Below, one piece after another: positions 20,409 to 31,865 of a stretch of DNA of 64,000 nucleotides (position 1 is its first letter; each line of letters begins with the position of its first letter). The translations under genes were made by a program, and so were the position numbers. The notes under the pieces were generated by a model. It was given only the letters and a program-made list of their open reading frames with translations, did not search any database and had not been told where the DNA came from. The stretch lies in the NCBI GenBank assembly GCA_964252035.1, contig OZ176210.1. The stretch is one strand, 5' to 3'. This DNA comes from Podarcis erhardii. Lineage: Eukaryota.

Positions 20409-21626
20409 AAAAAAACTGTTTACATTTCCATATGAGATTATAGTCCTTTTTGTGTGTTTACATGCATTAACTCCTGGCGTAGTAGCTTGAATATTAGCAA
20501 AGTCTGCATGTTGTCCTTAATAAACTTTTCGACACTTATATCCAGGTTGATGAATATTCATAGGGCTTTCTGGGTAAATTGAAAGTGAATCCATCTGGAA
20601 TGAGAGTCAGGAGAGAATTATATGTCAGTAGCCAGGCTTATTAAAGTGATACAAATGAATTGTGTCTTACCTTCTTGTTGCTGGCAAAGGAGGACCATTT
20701 TGGAGATGTTACGTGGAAGTAGCAATGGGTATTCTCTGAGGAACTGATGGGGATCTTCTGATGTGGATTGCAGTGAGGGGCCAGATCACATTTTACCAGA
20801 AGTTGCAGAAGGGGAGCTGCGAGTGCCTCCTTGGATTTGCTTTAGCATGCAGAGCAACCCAAGGCAGAGGGCGCCTCCTCTAGAAACCCTCCCGTCTTGG
20901 CAGACAAGATAAACATACACATACTGGTTCTTTGTTAGTTTTCCTTCTTGTAGGTTTTTTTTTGCGGTTTTATAAAATACAGCCCGTTTAAGTTTCACAT
21001 TCTTTGCTATGGGGCTGCGGACTGTGCTGCCTGTTTCACGATACCAGACTTCTACTGAGTCAAAAGGTTCATGCAACAAAGAGCCTTGTTCTTACGAGTA
21101 CTCAAATGTGAAATTGCTGATCTCTTAACAGAAACGTGGAACTTGTCCCTAAGACCCCAAGGACTGGAACATGTCGAATGTGACACAAACATGTTTAAAA
21201 GGGATTCAGGCGTGGGGGGGGGGGACCTGGAAATTACAGGTCGCTTAGCTTAACATCTGTCCTGGGAAAACGGGTGAAAAATATTGTCAAATAAAAATAA
21301 CCAAGCATATAGAAGAAGCAGCCTTTGCTGAAGCAGTCTCTCACTAACCTATTTAGAGTTCTTTGAGAGTTTAAGCAGGCATATAGATAGAGGTGTTCTG
21401 GCTGACATTGTGTTCTTGGACTTTCAAAAAGCTTTTGGCAAAGTACTTTGCCAGAGACTCTCCAGTATGCTTAGCAGTCGTGATATAAGCGGAGAGGTCC
21501 TCTTGTGGACCAGGAATTGGTTCAGTAACAAGAGGCAGAGTGTAGAAATAAATGAGCAGTTCTGCTGGAAGGAAGGGAGTCCTCCAGGGACCTGTGCTTT
21601 TAAACTTGTTCATAAATGATCTAGAG

Positions 21627-21764
21627 CAGCCTTTCTCAACCTGTGGGTCCCCAGATGTTGTTGAAGTACAACTCCCATCACCCCTAGCTAGCAAGGCCAG
21701 AGTTCAGGGATGATGGGAATTGTAGTCCAACAACATCTGGGGACCCACAGGTTGAGAACCACTG
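21627..21764. mobile_element. Palindromic hAT-type MITE (138 bp)
   Basis: Long TIRs ttctcaacctgtgggtccccagatgttg / caacatctggggacccacaggttgagaa; 8-bp TSD ATCTAGAG at 21619-21626 and 21765-21772. Confidence 0.88.
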
Positions 21765-21772
21765 ATCTAGAG

Positions 21773-21930
21773 CATGGGTGGGCAACCTAAGGCCCGGGGG
21801 CTGGATCCGGCCCAATCGCCTTCTAAATCCGGCCCTCGGACGGTCCAGGAATCAGTGTGTTTTTACATGAGTAGAATGTGTGCTTTTATTTAAAATGCAT
21901 CTCTGGGTTATTTGTGGGGCATAGGAATTC
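21773..21930 (+). mobile_element. hAT (Charlie-like) element left-end fragment
   Basis: catgggtgggcaacctaaggcccgggggctggatccggccc terminus directly after ATCTAGAG. Confidence 0.55.
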
Positions 21931-22899
21931 TGCATACTGAGTGAATGGGTCATAAAATGGCAGTTGAGAGGAATTGAAAATAAAACTTACCAACATCATA
22001 CTTCTGTTTTATACATCTGTGGGGTGTCTTCTTTTGGAATGCTTTGTACAATTCTGGTCACCTTGCCTGAAAAAACGATGCTGTACAGTTGGAAAAGGCT
22101 CAGAAAAGGGCAGCCTTTTAAATGATGATTAAATGATGCCTGACATGGAGACAGTGAATAGAGGAAAGACTTTCTCCCTCTCTCATAACCCTGGAACTTG
22201 TGGGCATCCAGCATAGCTGCATCTTGGAGTATTCAGGACAGAGAGAAAGAAAGTGCTTCTCCAGCCTTCCCCTGAGTTAGGGCCATCCAGGTGTTTTCAC
22301 TACAACTCCCATCAGCACCGTCCCCATGGAGCTGTATGGATGGGAGTTGTAGTTCAAAACTTCCAGAGGGCACCAGGTTGGGGAAGGTTGCTGCAGAGGT
22401 TTTGTCCAGTCAGATACTTTATGAAGCTCCAGGTGCTTCCTGGGCTGTGGATTTCCAGCCAGTGGTCTAACAGGTCCATTTGCAAGTGGAATGAATCTGT
22501 GTTCTGTTTCCATAGGAAAACGCAGCCTGGATGTGTTCCTTCACTGGATGAGCCAGTCGGTGTTGGGGAAAATTGGACTGTGACCCCATTTTTTAAGGAG
22601 TTTGTTTAAGATGTGCTTTTACACAGCAGCAGGGCCAATCCTCCTTCAGTCAACTGTAATGGAAGTTGCTGGTTATACTTAGTGACTGTAGTAGTGAATG
22701 CACAAATGCCAGAAAGCATCTTGACTTCCCTTTGCAACTCACTGGTCTGAAAATAATAGCACACCAAATCAAAGAGCCCAAACAGGCACCCAAGAATGTT
22801 TTGCATTTTGACCGTTCTGGGAAGGTGGACCTGCTAGCAGGTTGCCCAGGGGGATGAACCTGCCACTTCATGTGTTTTTAAATCAGTCCATCACCTTCA

Positions 22900-23086
22900 G
22901 GAGCAAAGGAGACTGCCGTATAGTGAGCCAGAGCAATGACCCATCATCAGTGTCTACTCTGATTTGGCCAGGCCTCTCTGGGATTTCAGGCAGAGAGAGG
23001 TCTCACCCAGCCCTGTCTGGAGATGCCAGGCATTGAACCTGGAACCTTCCGCAGGCACAGCGGACGCCCGACCACTGAGCTATAGC
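22900..23086 (-). mobile_element. tRNA-derived squamate SINE (Squam3-like)
   Basis: Reverse strand reads tagctcagtggtc (A box)...ggttcaatgcctggcatctcc (B box)...agagtagacactg. Confidence 0.7.
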
Positions 23087-25240
23087 TCTCCCCCCCCCCC
23101 AGCACAGGAGCAGGCAGGTGCCCAGGTAAGTTGCAGCTCCTTTTTCAGACATGGTCAGCTTATGATGCGGATGCATTTTTTCTTTCCTTATTCTCTTTGC
23201 CTCGTTTTTGAAAAGTGTCCAATAATCTCATAAACGGGGCTCATCTGTCATGGCCTTATGGTTTAGTATGCTTTTTTGGTGGTGTTTTGGAGACCCATTA
23301 TGATGTATCAATGGGCATTTTTGTGGTCAGGGGTGCCATCTGGACACCCCGTTTGGAGTGGAGGCAGAACGCAGGAGTTGTGGGTACTTTGGTAAACATC
23401 AGCGGCTGCTTTTCTGTTTAAATAACGAGCAAGGGCTGTCATTAGGACACAGAAGTCCTTCCCAAGCAGAAGGGATACTGAATGTTAAGCCAAAGCAAAT
23501 ATGTGAAACAGAATTCTGGGGAATAAATTATGCAGATGAAGTCCAAACCGTTTGTGCACAGGAAGCATTTGCTTTGGGGAGAAAGAAAGCCCTGCAAACA
23601 TAGTCTTCTCCCATTTGGAACCTTCATAATCATCTGGGAATATCCCTCTTTTGAGCCCCATAGAAATAAACAGGCGATGCGCAGGGCACAGTTTTTCTAT
23701 TATTTATCTGTCTAGCAAATGAGGTTAAGTGGACAGGGCACCCCACGAAATATGTCAAAGCTGGTAATGTCCAGAAAGAGCAAATTGTCAGAGCTGTTGA
23801 GAGGTGCAAAGGTGGCACCTTAATAAGAGCATCAGGAGATCTCTGAATCTGGAGAGACCCCAGGGGGCTCATCTAGTCTGGCTTCCTGTTCATGCCTCTG
23901 AGAAGCCCAAGAGGATCTCCAGCAGCTGGTGTTCAGAGGCACCTGGATGGCACTGAAGGGCTTGGGAGATGTTGTGCAGTCCCCCGGCAACAACAATTAT
24001 CCAGGAGCTGCATACTGAAGGGGTTAAATTTAAATCAGTGCTAAAATGCCAGCAGTAACCCTGGGTTTCCAAATGCACGAAGGGGTGAAGCTCCTGCATT
24101 TACCATCTGTTGGCTGGGAGACTCATTGGCAGAAATGAAATCAAGAGAGCAGGCTAGAGAGCTTGATCCGCCTAATCCTTCTGCTGCAAACACTGGCTGG
24201 CTGCTGCCTTTGGGGCTAACGGGTTTCCGTTGCTTGACTTCGCCCCATCCTTCAGCCTTGCCTTCTTCTCAGGTGGGGCTTCACAGCCACTTCTTCAAAC
24301 AGAGCTTATCCTCGCCCTGGGCTTTTGAGAGCTATCTCATCTCAGCAGCTTTAATTGGAGGGTCCTGCTTTTTGTGGCGGGTGCAGTGGAGAGATTTTAA
24401 GCGTCTGTCCAAAGTAGCATTGGTGTGTCAGTTCTGGTTCAGTGCAGTGGGAAGCTCCCTTCTTGCAATGAGGCGCAGTTTGTAAGGACCAACAGCAGAG
24501 GGTATCTTCTCTGCAGCACATACAGCCTTGCTGCTGTGGGCTGACTGTGGATGTGTTTGGAGGGGCGATGGGTCAGTTTACAGCAGGGGTGCCCCCCCCG
24601 GCCCTCCAGACCACATTGGACTCCCAACTCCCACCATCCCTGCTCATTGGCCATGCTGGATACTGGAGCTGGTAAGAGCTGGGAGTCCAACAACATCTGG
24701 AGGACCACAGGTGTTCCCCATCTGTGGCTTAAAGGGAAGTGTGGTGCACATGATAGGAGGCGGCAGGTGTTGCTTTTTGGTCTTCAGGAGGATTGCAAAA
24801 TGTTTACATTGATGGCATATATGACATTCTTCATAGAACGAATTGTCTTAACAGTTGTGCAAAGGTTAGAACAATAAAACCCCATACTGGGATTAAAAAT
24901 CACAACGAAAGGAATCTCTGGAACAGGAATAACAATAACTTCTGGCTTATAGGGCAGTATATAAATTCAATTATTATTATTACAATAATTATCCTAACTT
25001 TGTCAGTACCACCAGCTTGCGCATCCAAGACTTTCTCCCAGGAAAAGAGCTGAGAATATCCTGAGGTCACCCTCTCTCTGTCAAGGAATCACCGAGACAC
25101 AGTTTTGGGCCATGTTCTCCTGCTCATTTGCCCTCTTATCTATTCCTTTTGTGAATTGCTTCTCATTACATAACTTGAATCGATTTCACAGTAAAATCGT
25201 CAACAATAAAAACAATTGTATATGTGCAAACTATCCTGTA

Positions 25241-25603
25241 GGGGACGCAGGTGGCGCTGTGGGTTAAAGCCTCAGCGCCTAGGACTTGCCGATCGAAAGG
25301 TCGGCGGTTCGAATCCCCGCGGCGGGGTGCGCTCCTGCTGCTCGGTCCCAGCGCCTGCCAACCTAGCAGTTCGAAAGCACCTCTGGGTGCAAGTAGATAA
25401 ATAGGGACCGCTTACCAGTGGGAAGGTAAACGGCGTTTCCGTGTGCGGCTCTGGCTCGCCAGATGCAGCTTTGTCCCGCTGGCCACGTGACCCGGAAGTG
25501 TCTCCGGACAGCGCTGGCCCCTGGCCTCTTAAGTGAGATGGGCGCACAACCCCAGAGTCTGTCAAGACTGGCCCGTACGGGCAGGGGTACCTTTACCTTT
25601 ACT
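25241..25603 (+). mobile_element. Sauria SINE, full length
   Basis: ggggacgcaggtggcgctgtgggtt, B box ggttcgaatccc, (ACCTTT)n tail; 13-bp TSD AAACTATCCTGTA at 25228-25240 and 25604-25616. Confidence 0.93.
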
Positions 25604-25937
25604 AAACTATCCTGTATGTGCAGTTTAAAACAGCTGCATATACAAAAACAATTTCGAATAGAGACACAGACTGGGACAAGCTGACGTATATTCACTGGAA
25701 AGGTTCTTTGTGTGCGTTTTCAGCGAGAGGCAGCCTACCAGGGAGGAGGCGCAGGAGATGTTCCTGTTGTCATTCAAGCTAAGATACAGAGCTAGCGGTG
25801 TTAGTGGACCTAAGAGACAAGGTGGTGAAACAAGCTGAGATGCCCTTCAGCACCATGGTCAGCAGCACCAGCTGTTGCCTGATTCGGCATTGGGATGTGC
25901 CAAAGGGCAACCTGCCCTTCCCTGCTTGTGTCTTGTG

Positions 25938-26230
25938 CCTCGGTGGTCCTGTATACGTGAAGGAGCGTCTCCACTGCATCGTTCAGCCTAGACACTGAGG
26001 TCCAGCTCCGAGGGCCTTCTCGGTGGCGGTGCCCGCCCATCAGATGTCAAGGAAATAAGCAACTATCTTACTTTTAAAAGACATCTGAAGGCAGCCCTGT
26101 TTAGGGAAGCTTTTAATGTTTGAAGTTTATTGTGTTTTTAATATTCTGTTGGGAGCCACCCAGAGTGGCTGGGGAAACCCAGCCAGATGGGCGGGGTATA
26201 AATAATACATAATTATTATAAATTATTGTT
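25938..26230 (+). mobile_element. L2-type LINE 3' end
   Basis: GPVYVKERLH-like coding remnant, gagggccttctcggtggc, and the tail ccacccagagtggctggggaaacccagccagatgggcggggtataaataat. Confidence 0.7.
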
Positions 26231-26882
26231 GTGTATTTTTTATTGTGGGAATGCATTGCGAAAGAGAGGCTATTTTGTCATTTAAAGAGGGCCCGTTTGT
26301 GCAGGAAATGAGCTTGCAGTTGTTAGGCAGAGTCTGCTTGACACGTTTGTGCAGCGTTCTTAACCCTTTTCCACGCTGAGGCCTCTGCTCTGATGCAGCC
26401 CAGGATTTTATCACCTCTCCGGTAAGAGGTGCATATCCCGCTTAATATCTGCCGCTAAACATTTGATGGGCCATAATCCTTAACATGGTGCTTTGTTCAG
26501 GGCTGGAGGAAGGTGATTGGTGGTTTGAGGAATTTGGTCTAGTTCCCTTGTTAGGGCAGGGTGTGTGGATGTGGTCTGCCTCCAGAGACCAATGGATCCA
26601 AAATGGTTCTGGGAACTTTATTGTAGACAAGGCCAGCCTCTGAAATCAGAAGTTGGTCTGGGTTGTTGACACAATTTCTTTCTATCTAGACACTTGAGGG
26701 GAGCCTCTTCTGCTCTGTGGTTTATGCTGAGCTGCGGCTGAGAAGATGGTTGAGCCGTGAGCTCAAGCCCCTCTTGTCTAGCATCTGATGGATGTTACCC
26801 ACCCCGCCTTGCCTCTCCCAGAACGTTCCTCTCCCTGTACAGTCAGTCACTAATGCATTTGCACCCTTCTCCAGAGCAGCAG

Positions 26883-26884
<2 letters not shown>

Positions 26885-26948
<64 letters not shown>
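26885..26948. repeat. Compound (GT)15(GA)17 microsatellite
   Basis: Read directly. Confidence 0.95.
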
Positions 26949-26951
<3 letters not shown>

Positions 26952-27869
26952 TGCTCTGGTGTGCATTTGATGGGCCGTTTTCTGCTAGAGGCTCAGCTGC
27001 ATCTTCTGTGGTTTATCCACCCACATGCTTAGAGAAGAATTGCTTACCATACAGTTTATCTGGAGTTCAGAGCTTTACTCTTCAGGAAGTTGGAATGAAG
27101 TAGAGAGATAACTAGGATTTTTTAAATATAGAATTATGTATACCTCATAGACATCAAAGCACTTGGCCTACATTGCTGAACTCTTTCTTTATCAGTTTTA
27201 ATAATTCCTCACTGATTCAGCCCCAAATTATGTCTTAGCAGTGAATTAAAACTCCAGGCCCCCACAGTGCAGAATATTTAAACTCCTAACTGGAAGTGGA
27301 ACCCCAGGGAAAGGCTGTCGCTTTGCCTGCAGAAGCTCCCAGCTTCCTTCTCCAGCTTCATCAGTATAAAGCTTTCTTGGGGAGCTGCTGCAGCTCAGAG
27401 TGGACCTCTTCCAGCCCCTTCCTCTGTGGATTGTAAATTCCTTGGTGCCTAGACTGAAGCAAGAGGAATGCATCCAGAGAGCTTCTGTGTGGCGGCAGCT
27501 TGTTCTGAGGAGGCGCTGCTATTAGAAAGCAGCTTCCCTGGTGGGGTTGACACAACTGCTTGGAGAGCCTCCCTGTTGGGGCTCTGCATTCACGGGTTGT
27601 GGCTGTCAGGCCTTTGAACCTGGCATCGGACCATCGGGAGGTTCCCCAGGTTAGATCTGGAGGTGATCTCTTTTTCTTCCTTCCGCTCTCTGGTCTGGGA
27701 GTGAGCTTCATGTCGGATGACCTGCCCTGGTGTGGCTTGTCTTTCGAGCTGTCACGGTCCAGTTCACGGGTGATCAAAGTCCCGGCAGGGGACGTCAGGA
27801 CCGGGGGGGGGGGGCAAGATGGTGGGGTGGGAGCAGGAAGGGGGGTTCAGAAGCCAGGAGCCAGAAGTC

Positions 27870-28051
27870 AGGAGCCAAGAGTCCGAGGGTCAGGAAGCAA
27901 GGAGTCACGAAGCCAAGGGTCCGAGGGTCAGGAAGCAAGGAGTCACGAAGTCAGGGGTTCAAGGCTCAAGAAGCAAGGAGTCAAGAAGTCAAGGGTCCGA
28001 GAATCAAGAAGCAAGGAGTCAAGAAGCCGAGGTTCAAGGATCAGGAAGCAA
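27870..28051. repeat. ~38-bp minisatellite (ggagtcacgaagccaagggtccgagggtcaggaagcaa), 4-5 copies
   Basis: Units start at about 27901, 27939, 27977 and 28015. Confidence 0.85.
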
Positions 28052-29357
28052 GAATTCAAATGAAGCAGAGCAGGAAACCTGTTGCTGCGGCAAAAAGCCA
28101 AAGGGAAATTCGGACCTTCCCAGCTCAAGCCACCAGGTGCTGTGAGTTACAAATCGGCCTCACCTGTGTGGCCACACCTTGCCTCTTCAGAACAAACTTA
28201 GGAAAGCCCCAGTCCTGCAAAGTCCTACTGGTCACAGGGCCTGGCTCCTGCACGCACACCGGACATGAGCTGCCACACACTCACCTGAGAGAACCAGGGC
28301 TTATTTTGGCTTCTCCAGACCCTTCCCTTTCCCCATAATCTTGGGCAACTCCCATCATTTGCCCTCCACTAAAGCATTTTGGTCATTTATTTCCATCGAA
28401 TTCTTCTGTGGCCTTTTGAAAATAGCCACACAATCTCTTCATCTCTCTCTCACTCAGAAGGCATATCAGAAAAAAAAAGATATGTTGATGACAGGTACAT
28501 GCTCAGAAACAAGGAAGTATAATTGAAACAGCAGGCCAATGTAAACCAAAATAACAGCAGTTACTATGCTGTGACTAATTAATTAATTAATTAAAATGCC
28601 TTTTTCCAAACACAACGTACCATAAAAATGGCTAAAAATAGGTTTAAAAACAAACTCACAGTGGGTTTAAAAACAATACAGAATAAGCACTGAAAGCAGA
28701 GACCTCTTCATCCAACTGGAAAAGCCTTCCCAAACAAAAACGTATTTAATTGTTAATGAAAGTACAGATAGTTGGCCCCTATCGTATCTCGGCAAGGATT
28801 CTGTTCCACAAAACAGGGGCTGCCACATGGAAAGCCCTGCTCTGAGTTACTGCTTTTGTTTTATGGACTTTAAGGTGAAACTCTCCCACAGAAAGCAGTG
28901 ACCTGCTGATTGTAGCAGATCTAAAGGCTGCCAGTGAACTTATCCCCAGTGAATTTCTCTAAAACTTTAAAACCATCTAAGCTAGTTGCCATAATCACAT
29001 ATTCTGGCAGCGAGTTCTGTAAGTTAATTAAAAATGTGAAGCGGAATTTTCTCTTGTGTCCTGAATCTGCTATTAGTCAGTTTCACTAGGTGATCAAAAT
29101 AGAGAGGGGAAAATCTGGTGGGAAGCAAAACCTTTGCTTCCCATATACTGTGTGTAATCTCTGCACTAAGCTCCCCCTTCCACACTTCATACACACAACT
29201 TCCATCTGTCTAAAAATCTCCAAAAGTCAGCATTTCCTCTTCTTGGAGGTGCTGCAGTTCCCTGATCATTTTGAACCATGTTTTCTGTCCCTTTTGCAAC
29301 TCTTGTGATGTTCTTTTTTGAGATGAGGCAACCAGAAGTGTCTGTAATATTCCAGAT

Positions 29358-29941
29358 TCAGGTAGGTAGCCGTGTTGTTCTGGTAGAAATATATATAAAA
29401 AATAAATTGTCCAGTGGCACCTTAGAGACCAACTAAGTTTGTTCTTGGTATGAGCATTAGGTATCTGAAGAAGTGTGCATGCTCACAAACACTCATACCA
29501 AGAACAAACTTAGTTGGTCTCTAAGGTGTTACTAGGGGACGCGGGTGGCGCTGTGGGTGAAACCTCAGCGCCTAGGACTTGCCGATCGCATGGTCGGCGG
29601 TTTGAATCCCCGCGGCGGGGTGCGCTCCCGTCGTTCAGTCCCAGCGCCTGCCAACCTAGCAGTTCGAAAGCACCTCCGGGTGCAAGTAGATAAATAGGGA
29701 CCGCTTACTAGCGGGAAGGTAAATGGCGTTTCCGTGTGCTGCGCTGGCTCGCCAGATGCAGCTTGTCACGCTGGCCACGTGACCCGGAAGTGTCTGTGGA
29801 CAGCGCTGGCTCCCGGCCTATAGAGTGAGATGAGCGCACAACCCTAGAGTCTGGCAAGACTGGCCCGGACGGGCAGGGGTACCTTTACCTTTACCTTTAA
29901 GGTGTTACTGGATAATATTTTTATTTTTATTTTTATATATT
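29358..29941. mobile_element. Penelope-like element terminal fragment in inverted (hairpin) arrangement
   Basis: caggtaggtagccgtgttg start; arms ccagtggcaccttagagaccaactaagtttgttcttggtatgag / ctcataccaagaacaaacttagttggtctctaaggtgttactgg; flanked by 15-bp direct repeat TGTAATATTCCAGAT (29343-29357, 29942-29956). Confidence 0.7.
29534..29897 (+). mobile_element. Sauria SINE nested in the Penelope fragment
   Basis: Same head and (ACCTTT)n tail; 12-bp TSD TAAGGTGTTACT at 29522-29533 and 29898-29909. Confidence 0.93.
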
Positions 29942-31059
29942 TGTAATATTCCAGATGTGGTTGCACCATAGATTTCAATAGCAGCAGTACAGTACTTGAA
30001 ACTTTATTTCCTAATACTCTGTAGCATGAAATTTGTCTTCTCGCAGCTGCTGCTGCTGTGGCCGCACACATATTGCCATTGGTTTCTCAACTGCAACCCC
30101 AACATCTCTCTCCTGGTCAGTTGTCACCAGCTCAGACTCCTTCAGTATATATGGGATGTACTCCCCACTTCCTCCTTCCGCCCCCATCACTTCATGCTTA
30201 TTCAGATTGAACCTCGTTTGCCATTTTATTGCCCATTCATCCAGCTGAGAGGGATCCTCTGACTTCCGTTTTGTGTCTTACGGGGACTAAGGCTGTGTTC
30301 TGCAATGGGGTGCTACAACCCATCCACCTATTCCCATTTTGAGAGCGTGTGTCCTTAAAACTCCATCAGAGACGTCTGCGAACCAAGGGAGCCAAAGGCA
30401 CAAAGAGGACCGCCCAACAAACAAGCATTGAAAACTTTGACCAGGTTCTCAGGAGGGGATGAAGAGCTTGTGTTTTGTGGGGTGGGAGGGTACTTTGCAC
30501 ACTTCTCAAGAAGAGACGTGAGGAGCACCTGCTGATGTGAGCCTCGGGGTGACAAGTTGGTCTTGAGGAAGCCTCATGAAGTGGAGCCTTAAGAGGAGAA
30601 GCTCCATTCTTGTTGAGAGAGTTCCACCTCTCCTTTTGGGCCCCCAAAAGGCTGCGAGGTGATTTCCAAGTTCCAACTCATAAATACGGTAAAAAATAAT
30701 AACTCTGAAGCAAAAGGCAAGAAACCGATTAAACTAGTAGCGAGGAGTAGGCATAAATACAAGTCAGTTTAAAGTAATATAAAGCGTAACAGCAGGAGTT
30801 GAAGAGGTTTAGGCAGAGAGTTCTGGCTTTCCTTCCTTCCAGTGGGGAATTTTTGTTCTTGTTGGGTGTTGGGTCACACGGGCTGGTTGTCGGCTAGCCA
30901 CTCTCCAGGGCTGCTGGGGAGCCACCCTTGCTCTCTCTGAAGCACAGTCTCCGTGCCCAAGTTTGCGTGCACCAGTGATGATGTTTTGGCAGTTAATGCC
31001 GGAGTGGGTGTACAGCCCGTGATGAAGAGATGCGGGATAAAAAAGACCCCCCCCACCCG

Positions 31060-31145
31060 CAACTATGCAATTGCAATTAGCTGCAGCCCCTGCAACCTCT
31101 CCCTTTCCTAGCGAGCTGTGAAGAAATCAGTTGTGGGTGCTCTGC

Positions 31146-31187
<42 letters not shown>

Positions 31188-31560
31188 CGCCTTGCTGTGC
31201 TGCCTGCTCTCATCTTTCCCGAGGAGGAGCTCGTTCATTGCTTTTTGTCACATTGCTTTTTGCCACTGAATGGATAATAAAATTAAGGAATTGTTTCATG
31301 CCAGGGTGTGCGGGGGAGAGGGAGGGTGTGGGGCTGCATGGCTCCAGGCAGAAAACAGAGGAGGAGGAGGAGTTGAAGTAACAGGAGCTGCACGGCGGTG
31401 GCGGCAGCAGCAGCAGCAGCAGCGGCGGCTTTCCTTTTCTTTCCCAGCACAATGCTGAAGAGAAGGACGAAGTTGAGCTGCTCCTCTGGCTGTCTGGGAA
31501 ACCGAACGCAGGCTGGAGAGCCAAGCTGTGCCTGGGGAAGGGCCCTTCTAGAGCAGCGCT
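31060..31560 (+). promoter_or_regulatory. Candidate internal promoter / 5' UTR-like region
   Basis: Non-repeat GC-rich segment with (TG)n, (GGA)n and GGC/GCA runs (31393-31428), upstream of a consensus donor at 31865. Composition only. Confidence 0.3.
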
Positions 31561-31858
31561 TCCAGAGTGACCTCTCCGCTCCTTGGGCTTCACTGTTTCT
31601 CCTTTCGGGTTCAGGGCAGCTGTGGATTTTTTTGATTTAAAAAGTCTTCCGCTTTGCACTTCCTGCCGCCTGGATGCTGTGGAGCCCGATGCCTTTCCCA
31701 CCACGACCCGTGAAAGACCCCACCCCTCGGTGGGACAGGCGTTGGCTCGCCCGTGCTTCTTCCTTCTGGGAAAGGGAGCTTTCGTAGTCTTTCGCTTTCC
31801 TTTGATTTCCCCAAGTTTCTTTTCTGTTTGCATTTCCTTATGCTTTTGTGTGTTTTAG

Positions 31859-31865
31859 CCGCAAG
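31859..31865 (+). CDS. UNC13B: Candidate 7-nt microexon CCGCAAG
   Basis: ~70-nt pyrimidine tract with TGC at 31829 and 31841, ttttag|CCGCAAG|gtaagt; in frame only together with the 23-nt exon. Confidence 0.55.

Larger units (their letters stand above)
21260..22230 (+). mobile_element. Degraded CR1 LINE RT fragment interrupted by hAT elements
   Basis: FLDFQKAFGKV...WTRNWFSNKRQSVEIN, then EWVIKWQL and LEKAQKRA motifs. Confidence 0.8.
29280..30270 (-). mobile_element. CR1 LINE fragment split by a Penelope insertion
   Basis: accagaagtgtc-tgtaatattccagat-gtggttgcaccatag becomes continuous once 29358-29956 is removed. Confidence 0.65.

Noticed and set aside
27870-28051. Periodic repeat as a CRISPR-like array
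   Set aside because: Contiguous degenerate units with no unique spacers, in a vertebrate intron.
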